Positions 1 through 12,669 of a stretch of 64,000 nucleotides of DNA are shown in pieces. Numbering within the stretch: position 1 is the stretch's first letter; each line of letters begins with the position of its first letter. Location: assembly GCA_014905635.1 (NCBI GenBank), contig JABVCE010000013.1:806001-870000 (forward strand). The letters are read 5' to 3'. The stretch comes from Scenedesmus sp. PABB004 (Eukaryota). The position numbers and the translations under genes are program-made. The notes beneath the pieces were generated by a model. The model was not told the origin of the DNA and ran no database searches. It saw only the letters and a program-made list of their open reading frames with translations.

Positions 1-65
1 CGCAGCCTTGCTGCGCTCCGCGGCCGACAGCACCGCCTCGCTCTTGCTGCGCGGGAAGCGCGGGA

Positions 66-102
<37 letters not shown>

Positions 103-408
103 TGCGGGCGGGTGCGGCGGGTGCGGCTGCGGCGGCTGCTGCTGCTGCGGCTGCTGCTGGTGCGGCGCCGCCGGCGGCGGCGTCGCCTGCGCCGCGAGGC
201 CGGGCAGCCAGCCGCTGCTGCCGTAGGTCGGCCGGTAGCCCCAGCCGCCGTACATGAGGCTGGGGTCGTACTGGATGGCCTGCAGCGGCGGCGTCGACGC
301 GCGCAGCGGCGGGGTTGTCGTGCCGCTGCGCGGCGGCGTCGCCGCGCCGCTGCCGCCCTCCTGCGCCGGCGGATGGCTGGCGCCCAGGCTCAGCCACTCC
401 AGCACCAT
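1..408 (-). CDS. 5' end of a gene running off the left edge; low-complexity N-terminus, function unknown
   Basis: ATG at 408-406 (minus) opens a stop-free frame to the window edge: MVLEWLSLGASHPPAQEGG...QYDPSLMYGGWGYRPTYGSSGWLPG...QQQPQQQQ...GGGGVPRFPRSKSEAVLSAAERSKAA. Confidence 0.55.
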
Positions 409-765
409 GGCGCCGCGGCGTGCGGGGCACGGGGGGCGCGGGGGAGGGCTGTGCGGGGGCCGCGGCGCGAGCGGGGCGGGTTGTCGCTCAGCCGCGCGGT
501 GTGGCCTGGCCCTGTTTGTCGCTAAGGGCGATCACGGAACGCGGCTCGCGAGGCCGGAGGAGCAAAGGAGAAGGGAGGAGGTCGGATGCGGAGTTTAGCC
601 TCCGTTTGCTGACGCGCGCGCTGCGGGGCGGCCGTTGCGGCCGGGGATGAACAGGTCGCGAGCGGCGCGGCCCCTGGAGAGGGCGGGCGGGTTTGCCGAC
701 GACGCCGCCGCGCTGCACCGCCGCCGCCCGCAGACCTGCCGCCCGCCCGCTCGCCGCCTCGGCGC

Positions 766-2218
766 TCACTCGGACGCCATGGCGGCGTCGCCGCCGCCGG
801 TGATCTTGCTCACCGCCGACCACGGGCCCTCCACCAGGGGCGGCATCCAGAACCACACCTCCGGCGCGCCGTCGAGGCTGCACGCGAGCGTGTTGCCCAT
901 CGGGTTGAACTCCAGCTGCCACACGGGCGCGGGGTGCTCGCAGCCGCACACCACGCCCGCCGCGAGCGACCCGAGCTCGCCGTGCGCGGCGCCGAGGGCG
1001 TCACCGCCGGCCGGGGCGAGGCGGTAGATCACGGCGAGCGCGCCAAACGCGGCGGCGAGCAGCTCCGACGGCCGCCCGAGCGCGGGCGCCCAGTGCAGCG
1101 CGGCGCAGGGCGTGCCCGCCGCCGCGTGCGGCGGCGAAAACGCGCACACCTCCTGCGGCGCGGGCGCGGCGGGCGCGGCGCGCGGTGAGCGCGAGCGCGC
1201 GCGGGGGGGGGGGGAGGGCGGCAGCGGCAGCGGCAGCGGCGGGGTGGCGGGCCGCGCGCCGCCGCGCACCGCCCAGGCCATGCCGCGCTGCTGGTACGCC
1301 CACACGCTGCCGCCGCCGCGCTCGTGGCCCAGCGCCAGCAGCGGCGGCAGCCCCGCCGCGGCCTCGCGCCAGCAGAGGCAGCGGCAGCTGCCCGCGTCGG
1401 CCGGCACCTGCGGCGGGCGGCGGCGGCGGCGGCGCGGGGCCCGGGTCGGCGCGTGCTGCGAGCCCACGCCCGTGGGCCCAGCCCACCCCCAAGCCCCCAC
1501 CGCGCACCTTGATCCGCCCGAGCTGCGTCCACTCCAGCACGCCCACGGCGGCGGGCGGCGCCTCCCAGAGGACGACCGCGCTCATGCCGGCGAGCTGCGC
1601 TGCCGCTGCAGCGCCCGGCCGCGCGGCGGCGGCGGCGGCGAGGACGAGCCCGTGTTGCCGCGGCGCAAACGCCAGCGCGCTGCGGGCGGCACGCGGGCGG
1701 CATGCGGGCGGGCCGGGGTGAGCGCCCCTGCCCCGGGCAGCGCGACCGCTGCCGCCGCCGCCGCGCGCGCGCGCGCGCGCGCTGACCTGATCGGCCCGCC
1801 GCCGCAGTCAAGCGTGGCGGTCAGCCGCCAGGCGTCGTCGCCGGCGCTGGGGCCCTGCAGCACGAGCACCGTGCCCGCGTCGGTCCCGACCGCCAGGACC
1901 GCCCCGTGCTCGGGGTGCGCCCACGCGAGCTGCGTCGGCTGCGCCCGCCCCGGCAGCTCCTCGGCGTGCAGCAGGTCCCACTCCGGCTCCGTCGCGGCGC
2001 ACGCCCAGACCTGCGTGGTGTTGGGGCCGTGGGCCGCCTCGCCGCGGCGGCGGCGCGCGCAGCAGCAGCAGCGCATGGCGCCGCCGCGGCGCGCGCCGTG
2101 CTCGCCGCACCTGGACCACGCGCGCGTCGGACGCAGTGGCAACCCTGTCGCCGGTGAGCGTGTAGGCGGCGCCCACAACGCTGCCCTCGCCGCACAGCCG
2201 CACGCACGGCGCGTCCAT
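766..2218 (-). CDS. SEH1: WD40-repeat nucleoporin SEH1-like protein (spliced)
   Basis: Joined exons give TGDRVATASDARVVQVW...LAWAHPEHGAVLAVG...LAFAPRQHGLVLA...LHWAPALGRPSELLAAA...HPAPVWQLEFNPMGNTLACS; WAHPExG and WAPxxGR are characteristic Seh1/Sec13 motifs. Confidence 0.8.
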
Positions 2219-2927
2219 CCCGCAACCGGCGGCGGTCGGCCCCGCTGTCCAGGTGCCACGGGATCAGGGGACGCGCGTGCACTCGGTGTGAAGAGCGGGA
2301 CGGGCCGCAAAAAAGATGCACGCCTGCCCTCGGCGTCGCTGCCGTTCAACCGCTGCGCCGCCGCCCGACGCCGCAGCCGCGCGATCTCGGGCCCGCCGCA
2401 CACGACCACACACAACTGCAGCAGCTCGCCGCCGATCGCGCAGGGCACCCACGCACACGCAGGCGCCAACCACCAGCAGCAGAGGAGCGCGAGCGCGAGC
2501 TTCTGCTGCTGCTGCCGCGCCCGATGCTGCTGCCGCTGGCGCGGCGCGCCGCCGCCGCGCGGCCGGCAGCCCCCGGCGCGGCCCAGCGGGCCTGGCCGGG
2601 ATGCGCTGGCCGAGCGGCGTGGCAGCAGCGGCGCCCGCCGCTGCGCTGCTCGCCAGACGCTGCGCGCTCCGCGGCGGCCGCGCCCGCCGAGCCGGCCGAG
2701 CCGGCGTCTGAGCCGGCGGAGCCGGCGGTGCCCGACGCGGCTGCGGCGGCTGCGTTAGAGCCCGCCGACGCGGACGGCGCCAGCGCGGCGGCGCCCGCAG
2801 TCGCGGCGGTCGCGGCGGCGGACGGGGCGCCCCCGGCGCGCATGCAAAGCCCAGCAGCGGCAGCGGCGGCGGCCGCGTCGCCCCGCGCAGCGCGGCGCGC
2901 CGCAGCCACCGGGCGGCACGCTACCTG

Positions 2928-5306
2928 ATGGCGCGCGACCTGCAGCGGTGCGGCGCCCGCCGCTCGCGCGCCAGCCCCTCCCGCGCGCGCCCCGCCGCGC
3001 GCCCGCCTGCCGCGAGCCCCGCGCGCCGCCGCCGCGCCGCCACACGCCCGCAGCGTGTGGCGGCTGGCGGTGCCGCTGATGGTGAACAACCTGGCGGGCT
3101 ACGCGCTGAGCATCGTGGGCGCCATCTTCATCGGCGCCCTCGGCGCGCTGCCGCTCTCCGCGAGCGTGCTGGCCAACAGCATCTACAACTGCACAGGTGC
3201 GCCGCCACGCCGCGCCGCGCGTTGTTCGCCGCGCGCCCGCGCCGTCGCGCACGCGCTGCACCCACGCGCCCACACGCCCACGCGCGCGCGCGCGCCGCCC
3301 GCCGCCGCCCGCCGCCCGCCCGCGGCAGGGCTGTCGCTGGCGCTGGGGCTGAGCGCGGGCATGGAGACGCTGTGCGGACAGGCGTTCGGCGCGGGCGCAT
3401 ACGAGGAGGTCGGCGTCGTGCTGCAGCGCGCGCTGCTCGTCTGCTGGGCGGTCTGCATCCCCGTCGCAGCGCTGTGGTTGAATTCGCACGCGCTGCTCCT
3501 CTCGCTGGGCCAGCAGCCAGGCGCGCGCCGCCCCCCGCGCGCGCCCGCGCCCGCCCCGCCCGCGCCTCGGGCGCGCGCTCGCGCGCGCGCGCGGCGACGG
3601 CAGCGCCGCCGCCGCCTCTCAGCCCCGCCCCGCCCGCCGCCCAGACATCGCCGCGCTGGCGAGCCGCTACCTCATCCTCTGCACGCCCTGCCTCTTCATT
3701 ACCACCGCCATGGAGTGCGTGCGCCGCTACCTGCAGGTGCGATCAATGCCCCCGCGCGCGCCGGCGCGGCGGCGGCGGGGCGCGCCCCCGCGCGCCCGCG
3801 CCGCCGCCGCCGTCGACGCCGCCACGCGCGCCCGCGGCACGCCGCAGGCGCAGCGCGCGGTCAAGCCGGCGATGGTCGTCGCGGGCGTGACGCTCGCGGC
3901 GAGCCCGGCGCTCTTCTGGCTCTTTGTCGTGCGCGCGGGGCTGGGCCTGGACGGCGCGGCGTTCGCGTTCATCGCCTGCCAGGCCGCGACGCTCGCGGGG
4001 CTGGTCGGCTGCGTGGTCGCACGCGCGCGCGCGATGCGCGGCCGCCGCGAGCAGACGTGGGGCGGCTGGTCGGCCGACGCCTTCAAGGGGTGCGCGCCGC
4101 CCGCGGGCCCGGCCGCTGCCGACCGCTCGACTCGCCTCCCTCCCTCCCACCCTCGCCCACGCCCTGTCCCCCCCCCATACCCTCGCCCCGCCCCGCCACC
4201 GCATGCCACCCTCGCCCCGCCCCGTCGCCGCCGCGCGCCGCCAGGTGGCCGACCTACATCTCCTACGGCGTGCCGGCGGCGCTCATGATCGGGCTCGAGT
4301 GGTGGGCTTACGAAGCAGTCCTCATCCTCGCAGGCGCGGGGGATTGCTTTGCTGCCGGCGCCGCCCGCTCGCGCGCCGGCGGGCGGGGCGGGGCGCGGGC
4401 GCGGGCGACGCGGCGCGCGGCCCGCGCCCGCGCCCCGCCCGCGCAGGGCTGCTGCCCAACGCCGAGGTCGCGCTGTCGACGATGGGCATCTGCCTGAACA
4501 TCAACGCCTGGATGTACATGCTCCCACTTGGCCTCGGCGCCGCGGTCAACACGAGCATCTCCAACGCCCTCGGCGCGGGTGCGCCGCCGCGCCGCGCCGC
4601 GCCGCCGTCGCGGTGCCGCCGCGCTGCGCCGCGCCGCGGTGCCGCCGCCGCCGCTGCAGCCGTGGCTCGCCGCACGCGCCATCGCCGTGCCATCGCGGGC
4701 GCAGGGCACGCCGAAACCGCGCGAAGGGCGTTCTTGGGTGGGATCGCTTCGGGCGTGCTGCTGCAGGCGGCGCTCAGCGGGTCGATCATAGCGCACGGGC
4801 GCAGCGTCGTGGGCCTCTTCACCAACGACGCCGCCGTCATAGCGAGCTGCTGCGACGTGCTGCCCCTGTGCGGCCGCGCCGCGCCGCGCCGCACCGCGCC
4901 GCGCCGCGCCGCGCCGCCGCCTCCCCGCCCACGCGCGCGCGTCGCCCACCGCCACTCCGCCGCTGCCAGGCTCGCGGGCCTCGTGTTTTTCGACGGCGTC
5001 AACGCCGTGGTCTCTGGCGTGTTGCGGGGCAGCGGGCGCCAGCTGCTCGGGGCCGCGATCAATGCCCTCGGCTACTGGGCGATCGGCACGCCGCTCGCGG
5101 CCTGGCTGGCCTTTGCCGGCGGGCCCGGCGGCCCCATGGGCCTGCCCGGCTTCTGGGTCGGCGTCGCGACCGGCGCGTGCGTGCAGGCGGTCGTGCTGCT
5201 CGCGATGCTGCTGCGCTGGGACTGGCGCGCCGAGGTCGCGCGCGTGCAGCGTGCGCTCGCCGAGGCCGCGGCGGCAGGGCGGCCGCCGCCGGCGTTCGGG
5301 CACTGA
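2928..5306 (+). CDS. MATE (multidrug and toxic compound extrusion/DTX) transporter, multi-exon; true start may lie upstream (~2600-2840)
   Basis: GLSAGMETLCGQAFGAGAY, LQRALLV, RRYLQAQ, MIGLEWWAYE, SISNALGAG, FFDGVNAVVSGVLRGSGRQLLGAAINALGYWAIGTP. Confidence 0.92.
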
Positions 5307-5515
5307 CGCGCGCGCGGCGTGGGGAGAGAGGGCTTCCACCGTTGCACGCCGTCGCGGGCAACCGCGCGCAGCACGCAGCACGGCCCCGCTCGCCGTCTTC
5401 GCCCCGCCGCGCCGGCGCATGCGCGCCCCCAGCTCTCTCAGCACTCGACAGACCTGGCTGTCTACTTGCGAGCGCTCCGACCACAGACAAAACCCGCCGG
5501 CGCCGCGCACAGCGC

Positions 5516-6490
5516 CTAGGCGGCGGCGCTCGCGCCGACCGCGACCTGCTCAGGCTCGCGCGGCTGGCCGACCAGCGCGACGCGCCCCGCGAGCGGCCGC
5601 GCCGGCAGCAGCTGCTTGCGCATGAGGTAGCGCGGCTCCTGCCCCAGCAGCGCCACGACCGGCCAGTCGCGCTTGTGCTCCGCAAAGCCAGCCTGGCGGC
5701 GGGGCGCGCGGCGGCGGGCGCCGGGTGGGTCGGCGCGTGGCGCGCGGCGCGGGCGGCGGACACCACCGTTGGCGGCGCGGCGGCAGCGCACCTTGCGGTA
5801 CAGGCCGCCCGCGGAGGCGTCGTCCTTGCAGCGCAGGTGCAGGAACATGTCGAGCTCGCCTGCCGGCGCGGCGCGGCGGCGCGGGCGCGCGCCGTCGCGC
5901 CGTCGCGCTGCGCCGGGCGGCGCCGCCGCCGCCGCCGCCGTGTGCGCCGCCGCCGTGTGCGCCGCCGCACCCGCCAGGCAGCAGACGTCTTCGACCGCGG
6001 CGATCAGCGTGCTCGCGACGCCGCGGCGGCGCCACCCGGCGTCGACAGCCATGTTGCACAGGTACGCGCAGCGCTGCGGCGCGCGGGCGTGCGCGCGGGC
6101 GGCGCAGCGTCGCGCGGGCGCTCGGGGCGGCGGGCGCGCCGCCCTGGCCCGGCTGCCGCTCCCCGCCACGGCATGCACATGCCGCCGGCCCTGCCGCGCC
6201 GCACCGCTGGCGGGTTGAGGGTGAGGTAGGTGCTGCGCGTGGAGGCGGCAAAGCTGACCTCGGCGACGCCCACGAGGTGCGCGACCGTGCGCGCCGGCGG
6301 CGGCGCGTCGCCGGCCGGCAGGCCCAGCCCGCTCGCGAGCTGCGCGAGCGCCGAGCTGACGCGGCTGCCGAGGGTCGGCTCGGCCGTGCTGCTCCTGCTG
6401 CTGCTGCTTGCATGGCTGTTGCGTCGACTGCTGGTGAACCCCGCCTGCTCTGCTTGATCTGCCTGCAGACCGCCACTGCTGCTGCTGCCC

Positions 6491-6521
<31 letters not shown>

Positions 6522-7109
6522 CCTTGCTGCGCCCGCTGCCGCCGCCGAGCTCCGACAGCGCGCCGCCCAGCATGAGCGCGTCGGGCTCGGCGCCGTCCGG
6601 CACGACGCGGTGCAGCTCCGCCGTGAGCACGACCGCCTCGGGCGGGAGCTTGGCGTGCTGCTCGAGGTAGGCCATGATGTTGCGCCGCACGTAGCGCCTG
6701 AGACGCGCGCGGTTCGCAGCGCGCAGCGCTCAGCCAAGGCCCCGCCAGCCGGCGGCAGCGAGCGCGCCGCCGGCCGGCCAGCCTGATCGACCCACACTCA
6801 CCGGTACGGCTGCACGCCCTTGCAGTCGACAAAGGTGTCGGTCAGCAGGTCGGCGGCGCGCGGGAGCAGCTCCGGGCGCAGCAGGCGCACCACGAGCTCG
6901 CCCTCCGGCAGCTGCGCCTCCAGGCGGTAGTTCACGACCGCCTGCAGCAGCTCCGCCGCGCGCGCGCCGCCCGCGGCGGCAGCGCGCGGTCGCGGCGCCG
7001 CCCGCGCCGCCCGCGCCGCCCGCGCCGCCGCGGCGCTGGGCGCGTGCGGCCGGTGCCCGCCTGGGCGGCGCGGGGCGGCCCGCGGGGCGGCGCCCCGCGG
7101 CTGCAGCAT
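5516..7109 (-). CDS. GNAT-family N-acetyltransferase, probably plastid-targeted (spliced)
   Basis: Arg/Ala-rich N-terminus; LVGVAEVS, AYLCNMAVDAGWRRRGVASTLI (acetyl-CoA motif A), LHLR...AGGLYRKAGF. Confidence 0.85.
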
Positions 7110-7462
7110 GCCGGCTAGAGCGGGGACAGCAGCAGCGGTGGTGGTGGTCGGAGGCTGCTGGCGGCGCGCGTGCTTGCGCGACAGATCTCCACCGCGATCT
7201 CGTTATGCGCGGGCGGGAGGCGGGCGGCGTCGGGAGGCGGACGGCGGCGGCCCGCAGCAGCGGAGACGCGGCGTCTCTGACAACCGCTGGACCGCGATGA
7301 AGCGCCGATGCGACTCCGACGGGCCAGTCCCCGCGCAGTGCGACCGCCCGCCCCGCCCGCCGCGACGCGCCGGCCGCCGCTGGTCGCCGTCGCTGCGCTG
7401 CCACGCGCTCTGGCGGAGCGCGCCACCCTGCGCCTAGCTCCGCGCCGCGCGCGGGTGGCGCA

Positions 7463-8438
7463 ATGGCGCTCGTGCCCGTGTCCATGACGCTGTGGGGAAT
7501 GGAGTACAGCGTCCACGGTGCCGCGCGCCGGCAGCGGCCAGCGGCAGCCAGCGCTGCGCGGCCCTCGCGCCGCGGCCTCCGCGGCACAGCGCCGACGTCG
7601 CCGCCGCTCGCGGCGCGCCGCAGCGCTGCCGCCGGCGATGGCGCGTGAGGTCGGCGCGGTGTTCCCGGGCGTCGAGCGCGCGGGGCTGCTGGTCGTGCCG
7701 ACCTGCCAGCGCGCGGGCGTGGACCTCGTGCGCACGGGCGACATGGTGGAGGCGGAGAAGGACCGCCTGCTCGAACGGGTGCGCGCGCGCGCCGGCGGCG
7801 GCGGCGGCGGCGGCGGCACCCCCGCGGCGGCGCGCGCACGTGCGAGCGCGCGAGGCGGCGGCGGCGGCGGCGGCGGGCGCAGCGAGCGAGCCGCCGCCCG
7901 CGCGGTCGCGCAGTTCATGGCCTGGTCGCGCTGCGTGTGCGACGCGCTCGGCGCCGCGGGGCACTGGTGCGACTACATCGACCCCTGCTCCGGCCTGCCG
8001 GTGCGCCGCGCCGCGCCACGCCGCGCGCCGCCGCGCGCCGCCGCCGCGCCCGCGCGACCACGCTGCACGCCCCGCGCCGCGCGGCGCTGGGCGCGCGCAG
8101 ATGATCCACCAGGGGACCAACACGGTGTACGCCGAGGTGGAGGGCCTGTCGGTGCTGCTGGGGTTCAAAACCCAAAACGCGGGCTGCTGCAAGGCGCGCG
8201 CCGCGCGGCGCTCCGCGGCCGCGCACGGCCGGCCGCCGAGGCGCCGCCGCGGCGCGCCGCTGGCGGGCGGGCCCTGACGCCCTGACGCCGTCGGCGCCCG
8301 CAGATTGTGCTGCACCCGCGCTGGGGCAGTGCCGTCTACCCGGCCACGCTCTTCACGCGCGCGCCGCTCGACGCGCTGCTCGCGGCGATCGCGGAGGCTG
8401 AGGCGCGGCTCGCGGGCGCGGCGGAGCTGCAGGACTGA
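7463..8438 (+). CDS. MMADHC: Cobalamin-trafficking protein MMADHC/CblD homolog (spliced)
   Basis: EAEKDRLLERFMAW, GHWCDYIDPCSGLPM, LGFKTQNAGCCKIVLHPRWGSAVYPATLFTRAP. Confidence 0.88.
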
Positions 8439-8633
8439 GCGCGCCTGTGGCCTCCGCGTGGCCCCCGGGCGCGGCGCCCATTGGCGCGGCCCGGCCCTTG
8501 CGCGCCGCCTTTGCCGCCGGCGGCGCGCAAGCAATCAAGGCGCCGCGCGGCGGCCGGCCGGCGCGCTGGGGTTTTGACTCATCTCTTGAACTGCACACTC
8601 CAAGACACTAGCAGCAGGAGCGCTGTAGGCCCG

Positions 8634-9266
8634 GGACGCGCCCGGCGGCGGCCGGGCGGGTCAAGTGGGCCAAGCTCGCGGTCGCGCAGCTGCGCGGCGC
8701 GCCGGGCGGGGCGCTCAGGTGGAAGCTGCTGTGGCCAGCGCTGCTGGCGGCGGCGGCCAGCGGCGGCGGCGGCGACAATGGCGCGCTCGCGGGCGCCAAG
8801 GACGAGGCGTGGGCGCGGCTGCAGGCCAGCAGCCGCCTGAGCGTGAGCGGCAAGCGCGTCGCGCTGGCGTGAGGCCTGCCTTGCTGTGCGTAACAGCCAT
8901 CCCCAGCTTTGCCACCCACGCCGGCGTTGGCCGCTCGCGCGCGCGCCGCCAGGGCACAGGCGCGGTGCACCGCCGCGCGCGCTGCGCTGCGTGCGCCTCG
9001 CATGCCGCCGACCTCCCGCCCATTCCTGGTGCGTCAGCCATCCCGCTCCTCGACCCCGCGCTCCTCCCCGCGGCCAGACCGCGAGGCTTGGAGCGCGCGC
9101 GAGCAGCAGCCCATCTCTGGCGGCGCGCCGCGCCGCCCCTGGCCGGCGCAGCACCGCTCCCGCTCGCCCAACGCGGTCGTGGCGTCGAGCCCGCTCGCCA
9201 CGTCGCGCCTGCTCGGCAGGAGCAGCGCGCCCCCGCGCCGGCGCGGCGGCAGCAGCGGCAGCGGCG
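8634..9266 (+). repeat. Inverted duplicate (copy A) of 33873-34504
   Basis: Collinear, highly similar to the reverse complement of 33873-34504; the translated shadow frames are also near-identical (MGQARGRAAA...[13 protein letters not shown]). Confidence 0.95.
8655..8872 (+). pseudogene. Duplicated fragment of the last exon of the G-patch gene
   Basis: Encodes RVKWAKLAVAQLRGAPGGALRWKLLWPALL...AKDEAWARLQASSRLSVSGKRVALA*, nearly identical to the C-terminus at 34270-34490; no upstream exons present. Confidence 0.75.
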
Positions 9267-9281
9267 TCCGGATCCCGGACG

Positions 9282-10159
9282 ATGGGCGAGCTCGGCATCT
9301 ACCTGCAAGAGGAGGGCCTGGCCGCGGGCCAGCGCGTCCGGCTCAAGATCCTGGGGGCAGGTGCGGCTGCTCTGGCGCCCGTCCCGACGCGCGCGGGCCG
9401 CAAGCCGCCGCCGACGCGAGCGTCGCCGCCGCCGCCCCGCGCCGCCAGCCGGCGCGGCGGCGGCGGGCAGCACGGTGTGGGCGGTCTGGGCGCGCCAGAG
9501 CCTGCTGCGGACGGTGCCGGCGCTGACGGCCAACACGGCGATGAGCGTGGCCGCGTTTGCCCTGTGCCAGGAGGGCGTGCGCGCGGCGCGGCAGGGCGAG
9601 CACGACGCGTGGAACAGCCTGCTGGCGGGCTCGCTCGCGGGCGCGGCCCTGACACGCGCAGCACGTGAGCGCGCGCGGCGCGGCCGCGCGGCCGGCGCCC
9701 CGCGGCCCCGCCGCTCACGCCGGTCACGCCGCCGACGCCGCGGCCGCGCCGCCGCCGCCCGCAGACGGGCGCGGCTTCCACTGGCTCGGCGCGGTGATGT
9801 GGGGGCCGCTGTGCGGCGCGCTGCACGTGCTCAACGGCGCGCTGCAGCCGCGCGCGGCGCTGCAGGCCGCGCTGGTCAGCCGCGGCCTGCTCGACGCGCC
9901 GCCGCCGTTGTCGCCGGCGCCGCAGCCCGCGGCGGCGGCGGCGCAGCCGCTTGAGCCGGCGCCGGCGCCGCGGCGCGAGGAGGATCTGTCGTACGGCGAG
10001 AAGAAGGCGGCGGTGGAGGCGATCCGGCAGCGCGAGATGGCGGCGCTGCGCGAGGCGATGCGCGCCGAGGAGCTCGGGGCGCGCGGGGCGCGCAGCGCCG
10101 CCGGCGGCGGCGCTGGCGGCGACGGCGGCGGCGGCCGGCGATGGTGGTGGCTCTGGTAG
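9282..10159 (+). CDS. Tim17/Tim22/Tim23 (PRAT)-family membrane protein (spliced)
   Basis: MSVAAFALCQEGVRAARQGEHDAWNSLLAGSLAGAAL matches the PRAT R..D.WN...AG...GA motif; flanking hydrophobic helices. Confidence 0.7.
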
Positions 10160-10732
10160 CTGCGGCCAAGAGGCGCCGCACGCTCCGCAGCGGCGGGCTG
10201 CGGCGCCGCGCGCTTGAACTGCGCCGCCTGTCGCCGCCCGACCGGGGCGCTGACCGGGCGCGGCGCGGCGTCAGCCGGTGGTGCTGAAGCCGTCGCCGCG
10301 AGACGGGGGGCAGCGGGGGGGCCGCGCAACTCGAGGGCGCTGGAGCCCGCCCTCGAACCCCGGCGCCTCCCAAAACTGGCGCCCTGCAGCACAGGGCTGC
10401 CCGGCCATCCTGCGCGCACCCGCACGCCACAGCGCACCGCGAGGGCCGACCGCGGAGCCAGCTCGCAGCCCCGCGACCGCCCGCCCGCCCGGCCTCCGCG
10501 CGCAGGCCCGCACGCCCCGCCCGCCGCGCCCCGCGCCGCGCAGCAACGTTCCGCACGCCCCGCGGCGCCCGTGAGGCGGCCCAGGCGTCGGGCGCCGATC
10601 CCAGGCCCGGGCCACGCCCGCGCACCCCCGCGACCCGCGCGGGGCAGCCCCCCGCCGCGACCGACCGCGCGACCGGCGCCCCACTCCGCCCCCGGGCTCG
10701 GAGGCGGTCCTGGGGCGCGGGCTCGGGCGTCG

Positions 10733-12669
10733 ATGCTCAATCGCCTCGCGACCCTCCTCAAGCGGCCGCCCCCCGGCCACGGCGAGGGCGGCATGACGGA
10801 GCTGGACGCCGTGGCGTGCCCGGCGATGCCCGCCGCGCCGGGCGGGGGCCTGGCGGAGCAGGCGAGCAGCCTCATCACCTCCTCGCAGCAGCGACGCGCC
10901 GGGGACAAGCGGGCCCGCCCGGAGCCGGCCGGGGTACCGCCGAAGCGGCTCAAGCCCGGCGAGCCGGGGGCGGCCTGCTGCAGCGACGTGAGCAACGACG
11001 ACCAGGAGAACCAGGCCGGCGGCGCGTCGCCGCCGCTGCAGCACGGCGCCGCGCCCGACGGCCGCGGCGCCGCGCCGCGCAGCAGCCTGGGCACCATGCT
11101 GGCGCCGCTCTACGACTGGCTGCAGCACAGCGCGCCGCCGGGCGACGACGCGGGCGGCGGCTGCGCCGCCGACGGCGGCGCGCCGCCGCCCGCGCCCGCG
11201 GCCGCCGGCGCCGGCGCCGGCGCCGGCGCCGGCGCCGGCGAGGCGTCCGCGGCGTCGGTCGAGACGTCGGCCGACGCGGCGAGCCCCACGAGCAGCTGCT
11301 CGCCGACCGTCAGCCAGCCGGGCGCGGGGCACAGCCACCACACCGGCGGCGGCGGCGGGCACGGGCACGCCCACCACCTCCACCACCACCAGCAGTTCCT
11401 CGCGCAGGAGGGCCAGCTCTACCACGCCGCCGCGCTCGCGGCCGCCGCGGCGGCAGCGAGCGGCGGCAGCGGCGGCACCGCCGCGGTGAGCAGCGGCGGC
11501 GGCAGCGACGAGAGCGACGAGGCGGACTACGACGACGAGGACTTTGACCCGCTCGCGTTCATCTCCACGCTCGGCCCGGTCGAGGCGTACGCGCCGCCCG
11601 GGCGGCAGCCGCTGCTGCCGCGGCAGACGCGGACGTGCAAGCAGAAGACGCTCGTGCTCGACCTCGACGAGACGCTCGTGCACAGCACGCTCGACGCGGG
11701 GTGCGGCGCGGGCGCCGACTTCAGCTTCCCCGTGACCTTCAACGGCGCGGAGCACATGGTCCACGTGCGCCAGCGCCCGCACATGCGGCCCTTCCTGGAG
11801 CGCGTGGCGGCGCTGTTCGAGGTCGTCGTGTTCACCGCGTCGCAAAAGGTGCGCCCCCCGCGCCGCGGCGCCGCTGCCGCGCTGCGCGCTGCGCACGCCG
11901 CACGCGCGCCCGCCGCCCGCCGCCCGCTGCCCGCCGCTCACCGCCGCCGCGGTCCCTCCCTCCCTCGCCCTCCGTCCGCTCTCCTCCCTCGCCCTCCCTC
12001 GCTCCCCCCCAGGTGTACGCGGAGAAGCTGCTGAACATCCTCGACCCGCAGCGCGCGCTCATCCGGCACCGCATCTACCGCGACTCGTGCGTGCTCGTGG
12101 ACGGGAACTACCTCAAGGACCTCTCCGTGCTCGGCCGCGACCTCGGGCGCTGCGCGATCGTGGACAACTCGCCGCAGGCGTTTGGGTTCCAGGTGGAGAA
12201 CGGCATCCCGATCGAGTCGTGGTACGAGGACCCCGACGACGGCGAGCTGCTCGCGCTGCTGCCCTTTCTCGAGGGCATCGCGTCGGCGGGCGTGCGCGAC
12301 GTGCGGCCCGCGATCACGGCGCGCTACAACCTGCCGGCCAAGGTCGCCGACGCGAGCGCGCGGCTCATGGGCAGCCTCGCCGCCGCGGCGGCCGCGGCGC
12401 AGCAGGCGGCGGAGCAGCCGCCGCGGGGGCAGGCGCACCAGCAGCAGCAGGGGCAGGCGCTGCAGCGCCAGCAGCAGCTGCACCACCAGCACCAGCAGCA
12501 CGCGGCGCGCCTGGAGCAGGCGGCGCAACTGGAGGCGGCGCAGCGCGCCGCGGCGCTGCGCGCCGCGACCAACGCGGCGGCGGCTGCCGCGGCGGTGCTG
12601 CAGCCGCAGCCGCCGCTGGTGACGGCGCTGCAGGCGCCGCTTGCGCAGGCGCAGGTGCAGCAGGCGTGA
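10733..12669 (+). CDS. SCP1-like/CTDSPL2-type small CTD phosphatase (NIF/FCP1 HAD domain)
   Basis: [82 protein letters not shown]; one intron 11849-12012. Confidence 0.93.
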
